From Paramoeba atlantica (lineage: Eukaryota; Protista; Discosea): a stretch of DNA of 64,000 nucleotides. The stretch lies in NCBI GenBank assembly GCA_977017575.1, contig CDRNVI010000139.1:124001-188000 (forward strand). Direction: 5' to 3'. The stretch's first letter is position 1, and each line of letters begins with the position of its first letter. Positions 34,092 through 45,787 of this stretch are shown piece after piece. A program made the position numbers and the translations under genes. The notes beneath the pieces are model-generated. The model did not search any database. It saw nothing but the letters and a program-made list of their open reading frames with translations, and was not told the DNA's origin.

Positions 34092-37000
34092 TTATTCTAT
34101 CCTTCTCCTCTTTGCTTCCCTCTCTTCTTCTTGATTCTCTTCTTTTCTTCTCTCTCCGTCCCCTCCCTCATCTCGAGGAACAGTTTCGCCAACAGAGAAG
34201 AGATCAGATCGACCCGCATAACCAGCCAAAAGATAATCTCCTGCGCTAGCAAATTTGTCTCGAAAGATATACCCATACCTTATGGATGTCATGTCAATAT
34301 CGAGAAAGAGAAAAAGAAAGAAAACTGAAAGTTGAAAAAGAGAAGAGAAGGACCTTGAAGGAAGATATGTTGGTTGAAGTTTTCCTTTTTCAAGCAAATA
34401 ATCGATAAGCTCATTCACTTTGGGAAACACCTTGTCTGAATCAAAGATTATTTTGGAATTTCCCCAAAGTCGAAACAATAAAAAGAAAAAACAAACTTTC
34501 TGTTGGAAGTGAAAAGCCACCAGGTTGTTGTTGAATTCTGACATGAGCGATACTCTGTTTCCCAGACGATGCAGAAACTCGTACAAACGAGATCGCAAAC
34601 CCTGCCAATAAGTTAAAAACAAAAAAAAACTTCCCAATCATAAAAATGAAAATAAGTACCAGAATAATTACTGCTAAAACGGAGAAGAAATTTCCCAACA
34701 GATTCACCTTGTAATAAATTATAACATTCCTCTTTCCTCACTTTCAAAAAAAAAAAAAAGAATATTCGATATTAGGGAAAAAGATGGGAGGAGAGGGAGA
34801 AAGGAAATGAAGGAAAGAGAACCTGGTCCCTGAAAATTAAAGTTTGCTTTCAGGAGGTCAACCATTCGATCTAACATCACCACCCCTAATCATCTAATTT
34901 AGAGAGAAAAGACAAAAAGAAAAGAGAGAGAGAGAGAATAAAGAATCTAAAAACAAAAAATGAAAAACCATCAGAACAAGGACCAAATAATCGATCAAGA
35001 GACCCAAAAATCTCAACACCCACGAAATGTTCCCTTTCTGTATCCCCACCACCTTCCTTCTTTTGAGAATCAACCCCCTCTCTTTCCTCTTTTTTCTTCT
35101 CTTTGATTCCAGAAGAGAAAAGTAATGCTTTTAAACAAAGTTGTCGTGTAATGCTCGTTCTCTTTGCGACTTCTTTCAGATATCTCTTGGATTGTGTTTG
35201 ATAAGTATTTGTACTTCTTTTACATTGAGTACAAATAGAAGCTGGGACAACTGGAGGAGAAGTTGGAGGAGAAGGAAAGAGAGATGGAGGGACTGGGGAG
35301 AGAGAGGAGGGAGATGGTGTTAGAAAAAGTGGCTGGTTTGAAAAAGGATTCGAAGATGTTGCAGGAAGAGAAGTGGAAGATGACGGCATCTCATCTTTTG
35401 ATTGTGACCATAATTGATTGGACATAAACGATACAGAAGATGAGGCAGCAGGAGATGTGACAGGAGGAGAAGGTGTTGCTGCTGCTGATGATGATGAAGG
35501 TGATTCGATCGAGAAAAGTGAGGAAATTGGTTCGGAGAAAGAAAAAGAAAGACTCAATGAATCCTCAGATAAGAGAGAAGAACTTCCACAAGAACAAATT
35601 CTTAATTGTTTTTTCCAATCAGACAAAATCACTTTCGACCATTTTTCGAGAACCTGCCACAAAAAAAAAAAACACACATGAGAAAAAAAAAACAGGGCGA
35701 AAAAATAACAAGAAAAAGAACAAAGGAAGACACACCTGTTGTGAAGCAGAGGAAATTTGAGCATCTGAAGGAGCCCCCACCAAAGGGGTTGAAGAAACAA
35801 TTTCATGTTCATCATAAAGTGCCTTTTCTGCTTTCACAAATCCTTCAAAGAATGAATTACTAAATGTTGTCCATCCAATCTGTTGTAGATTAAGGAAATA
35901 AATGAATGGGAGAACTTTTTTAAAGAGGAACGAAAAGAGAGAGGACAGAAAAGGTGGGAAACAAAAGAGAACTTTCAATTTTGGTCCAAAATGATCAAGC
36001 CACAACTGACGAGTTGAATTGTTGGGAATCGCTGATTCAATCAATACATAGGAGAGCTTCATCTCAATTTCCTAGAAATCCGAAAAAAATGGAAAACAAT
36101 CAGAAACAAAAGACTATTTTTTTTTTGAATAAAGAAAAAGAAAAAGATAACTTGAAATGTAGGACGAGAATGTGGATCAGGATCCCAACATTTCTTTAAT
36201 AACTCAACTAAACCCTTTGATATTTTTCAGAAAAAAGAAACAAAAAAGAAAAAAAGAAAGAATATAACTGGAGGAGCATTTGGAGGGATGGTAGGTCGAC
36301 GACCATCAGTGACCCACACCACAAAATCCTAGAAACAGAAGTCAGAAACACAACAACAAGAGACTTTTTTTTCTTTTGACTTTAAAAAAAAGAAGAAGGA
36401 GAAGAAGAAGAAGACTCAAACCTGGACTCCTTTAAAGGACGTTCGGTCATAAGGATCCTGAGAACAACATGTTGTTACTTTACTTTTTATAATAATAAAC
36501 AAGAGAGAGAAAGAAAGAGAGGAGTTCAAAAAAAAAAAGTTAATGAACATACAGAGCAAGTAAGAATCGTAATCAGAAGCATTGCAAAGGAATAGACATC
36601 TACTTTTTCATCGTAATCTTCTCCTTTCATGATCTCGGGTGCCATATACATTAACGTTCCACATTGTCTCTGATTTATAAGAAGGTTAAAAAAGAAGAAG
36701 AAAAAGAAAGAGAAAAAGGGGAGAAAGAGACAAAAAGGGAAAAAAGAGAAGAGGGAAAAAGAGAAGAGGAAATTGATACCTTTGAAGACATACCAGTTCG
36801 AAGTGTTGAATAACCAAAGTCAGCAATTTTAACATGACCAGTTTGACGATCAATCAAACAATTCTCTGGTTTCAGATCTCTGTGGATAATGTGGTTTTGA
36901 TGAACAATGATCATTCCTTGTTGAAAAAGAGTTAAGATCAAATCAAGAGAAAAGGGAGGAGGAAAAAGGGGAAAGAAAGAGTCAAAAAAGAAAATTTTCT

Positions 37001-37716
37001 GAACCAAGACAAACACCATGGCTCAATTTCAATCGTTGAAAAAGAGAAAGATCTTTTTCAGTTTTCAAGAAAGTACTCAGATCAGTATCCAATAATTCTG
37101 TGACAAGATAATAGACTGGAGGCTGTTCAAAGTAAAAAACAAAACAAAGTCATGAAAAATATTCGAAACAAGATTCTTCTTTTTTTTGAAAACTGATTCT
37201 CCTCTTCTTCTTCAACTTTCATTATTTTGATAAAGAAAGAAAGGATCTCTCCCTCCTCTCAAAAAAAAAAAAAGAATATTTCGAATATAAAAAAAATAAC
37301 CTGAAGACTCGCCCCAAGAAAAAGACAGATATTAGGATGATGGATCTTACTCAAAAGTTTGACTTCATTAAGAAAATCATCAAGTTTGGAATCAGAGATA
37401 TCAATTGGCACCTTCACCACCACATCCATCCCATAACATCTCCCCTTGTAAACCTCCATTTTTTATTTTTTAAAAAATCAGATAAGATTTTTTTTAAAAA
37501 TCAGATAAGATATGAAAAAGAGGAAAGAAAAGGAAAAAGAGAGACAAAAAGAAAAAGAAAAAAGAAAAAATAAAAAGTAAAAAAAGGAAAAAGAAAAACC
37601 TGGCTCCATCTCCCTTTACTCTTCCCAGAATCATCAACCCCAATTCTTTTCAAAAGGTGGATTTCGGAACGAGGGATTTCTAAACCAAAAAAGTCCTTCT
37701 TCTCACCATCTTCCAT
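34092..37716 (-). CDS. TKL kinase with a C-terminal SH2 domain (Dictyostelium Shk-like), multi-exon
   Basis: [40 protein letters not shown], then [20 protein letters not shown] and [20 protein letters not shown] (SH2). Confidence 0.83.
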
Positions 37717-38000
37717 GGAGAGGGTTGGGAAAACAAAATAAGATTTCGACCCTCTCCTTTCTTCTTCTCTCTCTCTTCTCTCTCCCTCAGAAATACTTTC
37801 AGAGAAACGAACAAAAAGAAACAAAATAGCGTTATTTTTTGTTACATTACAAAAAGACTTCAAAATTAATAAAAATAAATGACATTTAGGGTCTTTTTGA
37901 TTAGTATCATTTTTCTTCGAAAATATTTTGTTTTCTTTTTCTTCCTTTCTCGCGGCTTTTCTCTTTCTTCCTCTCTTTTTTTCGATCAGATCAAACAAAG

Positions 38001-38518
38001 ATGACAACAAGACCAGCGACGTTGGTGTTGTACAGAATGCTAAGACAAAGTCCCCAAAAAGAATGGACGAAACATGACATTTGTCAAACTGCAGAGAAAA
38101 ATCTTGGTTCCGTTTTCTTGCTTTTTCTCTCATTCTCTTGTTTCTTTTTTTCAAACTTGTTCCTGTTGTCCACCACACAGACTTTCGAAGTAAAACATAC
38201 ACCAAGAAGATAATGGACCATTTAGTCAGAAAGGGGTTGCTCAAAGCTTACCCTTATGAAGGTTATACAACTCAAATTCGCCCAAAAGGTTTTTTGTTTT
38301 TTTTTTTTCAAAAAAGAGAAAGATTAGTCTTCTCATCCACAACCAAACAGCAAAGAAAAACTTTGTGTACAAAACCATCAACTCAAATCGCCCTTGGGGA
38401 GTTCGTTTTTATGAAAGATCTCAAAAATTTTGAGATTCTTTCTCCATCAAACTTCCAAAAATCTCCAAACAAAACAGAAAGAGAACAAAGAAAGAAGAAT
38501 TTTTATGTGAGAATATGA
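38001..38518 (+). CDS. Small basic protein, possibly winged-helix / mitoribosomal mL80-like; 3' exon uncertain
   Basis: Spliced MTTRPATLVLYRMLRQSPQKEWTKHDICQTAEKNL-DFRSKTYTKKIMDHLVRKGLLKAYP. The family assignment comes from recalled similarity only. Confidence 0.4.
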
Positions 38519-38715
38519 ATTGTTGAATTTCGTTCATCTTACTTTCAAACAACAATTTTTCTGCTCCAAATCATTACTTTTGACCACATGTGATTCTGTT
38601 CGTTTAGCAAGAGAAGAGATTGATAGAAGACCAGAGGAAAGAGGGAACCGACAACCTCTGTGGGATTCTCCGTGTTCGTGTGGTATTAAGAAGAAAACCA
38701 GATCTTTTTTTCAAC

Positions 38716-39631
38716 TTATTCTTCTTCTTCTTCTTTGTTTTTCAGGCTCTTTTGTTCTGGATGGATAATAACACCTCGATCAACCAAGAGAGGAATTTCT
38801 GCTGCCAACCATGGAGCCAACTGAAAAAGAAAAGGATTGAATTCTCATGAATGAAGGCGGAAAAAGTGAAAAAGAAATTGAAACCCCCATCACCAAAGCA
38901 TGAGCAATCCCAAAATGAGGAACATTTTTGCTCCACAGTGGTTTGAAATGAACAGTGAGACAAATTTTTCCCCCTCTTCAAAACAAAACAAAAAAATGTC
39001 AGGGTTGGTGGGAAAAAGGGAAGGGGGAAAAAGGGAAGGGGGAAAAAGAAAAGTGTTTTACCGATACATCTTTGGAGTTTTCCCGTCAAGTTCTGGAATT
39101 TGAATTTCTGGTGCTGTTGTTGGGTAGGTCACAGGCAACTATTTGGGTCGTTCAATGAGAAAAAAAGCCTCTCTCTTTCTCTTCCCAAAGAAAAAAAAAG
39201 ATTTACATCAAATTCGAACGGAAATTCATATTTCAAATTTTTGTAGAAAATCCAACATTTCCCTTGCCATCTTGGAGAAAAAAAGAGATGAGAAGGGGAA
39301 AAAAATCAAACAAAGATCTCCTTATTTTCAAAAGGACCTGGTTCCAATTTTGTTGGATGTCAAAGTGAACCAATCATTATCGGCTTCCTTATTCATTTTG
39401 ATGTATTGGATGAGGGCTTTGTATTCCTCCTGCGAAAAGATCGAGCAAAGAGAAGATGATGAGGAGATGAAGAGAAAGAGAGAGAAAGTGGTTTTTGTTT
39501 TTGCTGATCTCAAAAAAATTGGGATTCTATCAGACCTTAAGTCTCGCCACCCATTGGTCACCATCACGGGGCCCAGCTCTGGTGGTTAAGAGAGGAATCT
39601 TTGTGATCTTTTCCTTTGTTCCATCATCCAT
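38716..39631 (-). CDS. UFC1: Ubiquitin-fold modifier-conjugating enzyme 1 (UFM1 E2)
   Basis: [97 protein letters not shown]. Confidence 0.96.
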
Positions 39632-39838
39632 CCTGTTTTCGCCAATGACAACCTTGTGGTATTTTGGCGAGAAGAAAAAACTGAAGAGGAAAAGAGGAAA
39701 AGGAGAGAGAAAAAAAAATATGTCGAAAAACTGAAGTTCCTGGATTTTTCGATTTAAGGGGGTACTCTTTTTTTTCTCTCGTTCGGTTTTTCAGTTTTTG
39801 TCGATTTCTTTCTTTTCCTTTTCGCATCCTTCAGGACC

Positions 39839-40477
39839 ATGGATTTTCAACCAAAAGGCACTCCTTCTTTTGGCCTCAATGTTAAGGTGAAAGATTTTGG
39901 GGTCAAGGGAAGAGGATTGATTGCCAAAAAAATGTTTCAACGCGGGGATCTCGTTGAAGAAGCACATTGTATCTTTTTCCCCGAATCCCAAGTCGAAGCG
40001 GCAAACTCCACAGCGCTCTCTGATTACACTTTCAAGTGGGGTTTGTTGAAATATTTTTTTTCAAGGTGTTAGAGATTGGGTTGGGTCAATTTTTTGGTTG
40101 ATTTTCTCCCCAAATATTCAGGAGGGGGACTTCTCTTGGCTCTGAATTTTGGGTCTCTCTTCAATCACTCTTCCCAACCAAATATCGACTACAGGTAGAG
40201 ATATTCTCAAAATTAAATCCAACCTGACCTCAGATTGAAGAATTGTATTTTATTTTCCTCTCTGATGGTGCTTGACAGAATCGATGGCAAAAATCGAATT
40301 ATTCGTTATTTTGCTTCCAGGACAATCGAGGTATGGATGTTTGAACCAAAAAAAAAAAATTGTTTGAACTCTCACCTTTTTTTCCTCTTCTTTTTTTCAA
40401 GATTGACGAAGAACTCACAATCTTTTATGGTCATAATTTATGGTTTTCAACCCCTGAGGAGAAAAAAGGTTTTTTAA
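39839..40477 (+). CDS. Stand-alone minimal SET-domain lysine methyltransferase (about 134 aa, 4 exons)
   Basis: KGRGLIAK, GSLFNHSSQPN, DEELTIFYG..LWF. Confidence 0.87.
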
Positions 40478-40822
40478 GATTGTGTTCTCACCTGATGAAG
40501 TTTTTTTGATGAACCCACTCTTTAGAAACAATTGACGATCAAAAAAATTCAGAAGAGTTTGGTGATCTCTTTTCGGAAGAGAACTGATGACCAACAACCA
40601 AAAAAGAAGCCAAGAAAAAAGAAGCCAAGAAAAAGAGACAAAAGAGTCAGCGAAAACCGATGAACCAACCATATCTCACCACGTCACCAAAGATCTAAAT
40701 TTCTCGGAAATTTCTCGGAAATTCGAAGGGAATTGCTGTTGTTTCACCGCACGTTGGCGGTTTTTGTTTTTTGTTCTTGGTTTTGGGACAAAGAGAAAGA
40801 AAGGAGAAAGAACTAAAAAAAG

Positions 40823-43647
40823 ATGTTTCAGAAAGGGGGGAAGAAAAAAAAGGAGGTTCTGGACACAAGTTTTCAAAAAAAAAGTCTTGAAGATTGGAAT
40901 GTCCGAGATGTTGGCAATTGGCTTAAGTATAACAAACTGAGTGAATACCAGGAGGTGTTCTTTTTCAATGAGGTTTGGCACTTTTCTTTTTCTTCTCTCT
41001 CTCTTTCCTAAAACACCAAAACACAAGGTTGTTTTTTCTTGGTTGAGTGTGAGTTGTGTCTCATTCTTTTGATTTTTTTTTTTTAGATTGATGGGGAGAT
41101 GCTCGTTGACCTTGATGAAGATGACTTACTCGCATTACCAATCGATAAGATTGCTCATCGAAAAAAAATTCTTCGAAAACTTGCAGTGTTGACTGGGAAA
41201 CCAGTGTCAAATTCTTCTTCTTATGCTTCTTCTTCTCACAAATCTCGTTCAGAGTACTCAGAAAGTGAAGGATCAATCACTTCAAATCGTTCTGATGTTG
41301 ATATGAGTGTGAGAATTAAATGTGTTTATCATGATGATATTCGAACTTTTGTTCTTGATCCAATGGAAACTTTTGACCAATTTCAACTCAAATTGCTGGT
41401 TTTTTTATTTTTTTCTTTTGTTAACAATCATTTTTCTTTACCTTTTTTCTAAATTAACCTCCACACCATCACAGGAAGAGTTTGGAACGCATAAAGCAGC
41501 AAAATATCGAGACGAGGAAGGTGATCTTATCACAATTAGAAACACAGAGGATGTTCGGGCTATCATATCAGAATCGAGGGTAAGAGCACAATTCACTTTT
41601 TTCTTTTTTTACCCCATTTTTTTTTAAGTTGTTGGTCTCTCTTTGACTCAATATATTTTTCTCTCATTAGTTGAAACAAGCTCGGCTGATTATTTATTCA
41701 ACCCGAAAAAACAAAAAAAAAGGAAAATCTCAAAAATCTCAAAAATCTGATGATTCGAAGAGCCAAAAAAGTCGAAAGTTTGTTTCTTTTTTAAAAAAAA
41801 CTGTTCGTCTTTTTTTTCTCTAATTTTGAGAAACTCACAAACTTTTTTCGAAAAAATCTAGATCGGTCAAAAAAAGTGGTTCAGTCACATCATCTTCAAC
41901 AGGACAAGAAGGAGTACTGGAAAATTTTGTGGATGCTGTTGTAATTTCAAATCGAAGAGGGGTGATCACATTTTTCAATGCTGCTGCTGAAAATACATTT
42001 GGTTGGTCTCGAGAGGATGTGATTGGAAACAATGTGACTGTCTTGATGCCCCAATCAATCGGAAAGGTCCATAAGAATTTCATTCGTCGTTACCGAAAGT
42101 AAGTCATAATTTTCTTTTTTTTTGGTGGTGTGAGAGAGAGAGCAATTAAAAGGAGATTATATTTTTGTTTTTTGTGTTCATTTCAATCGTGTGGATTTCT
42201 AAAAAAGATCTTTTTTTTTTTCTTTTTTTCCCACAGGGAAGGAAATTCGAAAATTATCGGAAAAGGACGTCGAGTTCAAGGGATAACTCAAGATGGTGAT
42301 TTAATTGAGCTGTATATTACACTGACAGAATCAACCAATAATTTCGTAGCCACGTTGAAGCTTTTGAACCAAGAAAGTGCGATTGAGGGGGTAGCAAAGG
42401 CTGCTCAGAGAAAGAACCAAGGAGGAGAAGGAGTTCTTAGCGGTCTTGATAAGGAACTCAGTGCCTTAGATGGTTATTCTGACTGTATTGTGGTTGTTGA
42501 CTCGAAGGGTTTGATTCAGTTCGCGAACCAGATGCTCCATACCGAACTTGTCTATGAACCTGGAACACTGGTTGGTCATTCTGTGAGTCTCATTTGTGAT
42601 GCGATTCGGAGTACTGATGGGAGCAAAGATTTACTTTCTGATTATCGGGGGCTAAAGAGAGATCCCAAACGTGATACATTGTTGACAAATAATCGACGAG
42701 GTGTCATCTGTGTGACTTCGAAACATCAATTCAGAGCATTTGAGGCAGAATTTTCACATCTGACTTTTTTGGGGACTGAACTCTACACAATCCATCTTCG
42801 AAAACAGCAGCAAGATTCCATTTCCTCCTCTTCTTCCTCAAGTGCTTCTACTGCAAGACCAAAATCGATTTTAGATGTCCAAAGAGAGGTTATTAATTCT
42901 CTATTAATCCCAGGAATCATCCTCGATAAGGATGCGATCATTCAAGGAACAAATTCTTCATGTACGGAGCTCTTTGGTTGGTCTTTGAGTGCGCTCCTTG
43001 GTCGATCTATCTCCATGTTAATTCCACCTGGTGAGATACACGATCAACACACTTCTTGGGTGAATCATTATGCGGGAACTGGACAGGGAAGGGGTCCAGA
43101 AGGTTCCTCGACTGTTGTTGGAAAAGGGAGAGAGGTGATTGGGTTGAAAAAGAATGGGACTCAAATTCGAATTTCTCTTTCGGTATCTCTTTGTAAGTCT
43201 GAGGATGATGAGACTCTTTTTATTGGAATGTTACAATATCTTGGTGATGCTGATTGTGATGATACCATCTCTTCACCAATGTTGGATTCTCAAATCCAAG
43301 TTATTTCTTCTTTAGCAATCCCTGGTTGTGTCATTACTGGGGATTCCAAGATTCGTGCGTTCAACAAATCGTGTGAAGAACTTTTTGGATACTCTTTGAA
43401 GGAAGTACAATTCCAAAAAGTCGAAATTTTGATGCCTCCAGGTGAACTTCGAGGTCGTCATCATATTTTTATCGATAATTTTGTGAGCGGAAAGAAAGAT
43501 CCGAGTGAGTCGGTCGTTGTTGGAAAAGGAAGGAAAATTGTTGCTCGTCACAAAGATGGTCATAATATGACAACAGTTTTAACGGTGACAGAGCGGAGAG
43601 ATGGTGATGTTGTCATTTTTACTGGCATTTTTTCTCCTGTTGTTTGA
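40823..43647 (+). CDS. SAM-PB1-(PAS)x4 protein; three PAS domains are FixL-like
   Basis: SAM: WNVRDVGNWL..IDGEMLVDLDEDDL..IAHRKKIL. PB1: RIKCVY..KYRDEEGDLITI. PAS repeats: FNAAAENTFGW, NSSCTELFGW, FNKSCEELFGY. Confidence 0.87.
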
Positions 43648-43932
43648 ATCAAAGGAAAAAATAAAAAAAAAAAATTTCGTGAAGTCGATTATTTCTTCAG
43701 CGAAAAAGAGTCTAAAAAAAGATATGTTGAAAAAGTCCAAAATTTTTTATCTGATACTCATAAAATTCAATACAAAAACAAAAACACCCCAAAACAAAAG
43801 AAGCAAAAAAACCGAAAAAGAAAAGAAAAAGTTTGGAAGAGAAAACAAAAACAAGAAAACAAAGCTTCTTCACCAAAAGACAAAGAAAAGAAACAACACT
43901 TTTTATCAATCGACACAATTTGAAGAAAAAAG

Positions 43933-45358
43933 ATGGCTTATGATATCGAGAGACCTCAAACTATTCGAGAATTGGTTGAAAGATCGACAAGTGAAATGTT
44001 GATTCAACCAGATTGGGAGAAGAACTTTCTCTTGGTGGAAGAAATTCGCTCAGATCCTGCGACTGCGCCTGGTTTCTCTCTCTCTCTCTTTCAGAATCCT
44101 CTTTTTCTTTGTTGTTTCTAAATTCTTTCAAAAAAAATATAGTGATCGCTGACCACATTCGGAAGAGGCTTTTACACTCAGAGACTGATGTTGTTCATTT
44201 ATCTCTGGTTCTCATAGAAACTTTGATGCAAAATTGCGCTGATATGATTCCTGTTGTCAATGCAGATAATTTCCAAAATACTCTTGGGCGAATTGCTATG
44301 AATACAAGAGCACCTTTTAAAACAAGAAATAAGACTTTAGATTTAATTCAGGTCAGTTTCTTTATCGATTTTCCCTCCCCTCTTCTCTTTTTCTCTCTCT
44401 GAGATAAAAAAAATAGGTTTGGGCAGCAGGATTAAAAGACTATCCTCTCTTACGAGTAAAGAATAATTTTGTGAGGACCTACCAAGCCTTGAGAAGTAAA
44501 GGAATTAAGTTTCCACCAATAGGTCCTGATACTGCCAAGTATGCCCCACCAAGCATTGGTCCCCAAAATCCTCCACCTCCAAGTGCTGCGCCTCGCCAGC
44601 AAGCCAGTTTTCAACCACAACCACAACAAATTCCCTCCTCTTCTGGTCTATCGCCCGCCGTAACTCAACAAGTTCAGAAAATGTCAGAAGTACAAGCGCA
44701 TATGGACCTTGTGATGGAAATCTTTCGGGGAACTGATCCTCATACAGAGAGAATTACAGACAATGAGCTTGTCAAAGAGATGATGCCATCCTTACAAGAT
44801 TATGCAGTTCGTCTTCGACAATGGCTTGAGGGTGGGAGCGTTCCAGAGGAGTTGTTTGGGGCTGTTATTGAAATGAATGATCGACTCAACCAGATCCATC
44901 AATGTTATGACCAGCTCAGTAAAGGTCAAAAACCAGCCATCTTTGCCGAAGCTGCAGCCGCTGCTGTTGCTGCCGCCGAAAAACCAAATTCTCCACCAAC
45001 GAAAACAGTCACTGCTTTTGACTTAATCGATACAGGAGGGGGTGGAGATATGAGTCTTCTTGCTCCACCTCCTTCTTACCAAGCTTCCTTATCATTACCT
45101 GCACCAGCACCACCTACGCCCAATCGAACTCCCTCTCCGCTCATCCCCATGCCAACAACAACAACAACAACCAACCCGGCGAATCCTCCACCTCCTTCTG
45201 GGTCTTATCAACAACCTTCCTCTTCCCCCTTTTATCCACCTCCTGGTGGACCACAACCCCCTGCGCCTTCTGCGCCTTCTTCTTCTTCTGGTGATCAGGA
45301 GAGTGGTGATTTCATGGCCGAATTCGGGATGCTTGCGAACCGAGAACGTCAATATTAA
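43933..45358 (+). CDS. TOM1/GGA-like VHS-GAT trafficking adaptor
   Basis: VHS (STSEMLIQPDWEKNF, LSLVLIETLMQNC, YQALRSKGIKFP), GAT (IEMNDRLNQ) and a Pro-rich tail. Confidence 0.88.
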
Positions 45359-45787
45359 ATATGGAACAACAACAACAACAAAAAAAGCCACGATTGTGTG
45401 CAAGAAGCTTTCTCTCTCTCTCTCTCATTCGTTATTTTTAAAATAAGTAATTTTTTTTTATTATTATTATTCACCAAACCGATAGAACCCGTTCTTCTGT
45501 TTGAACTCCGTGGAATTGGAACATGATACAATCAGTTTCGCTGTAAATTTGATTTTTCTTAGTACACCCTCTTCTCCTCTCCTCTCCTCTCTCTTCTCTC
45601 CCTCTCGCACACCACTTGCATACCACGCATCTTTCTTTCTCTTCCAGAGTCAAAAATACTTACCTTTTAAAAGTTGGTTCGCCAGTGCCTCTGCTTCTTT
45701 TTTTGTATTGCATCCAGAGACTCTTTGGATAAAGAAATAAACACATTCGGTCCCTGTAAAGCAAGCTTTGTACGTTTTAAACATCCT

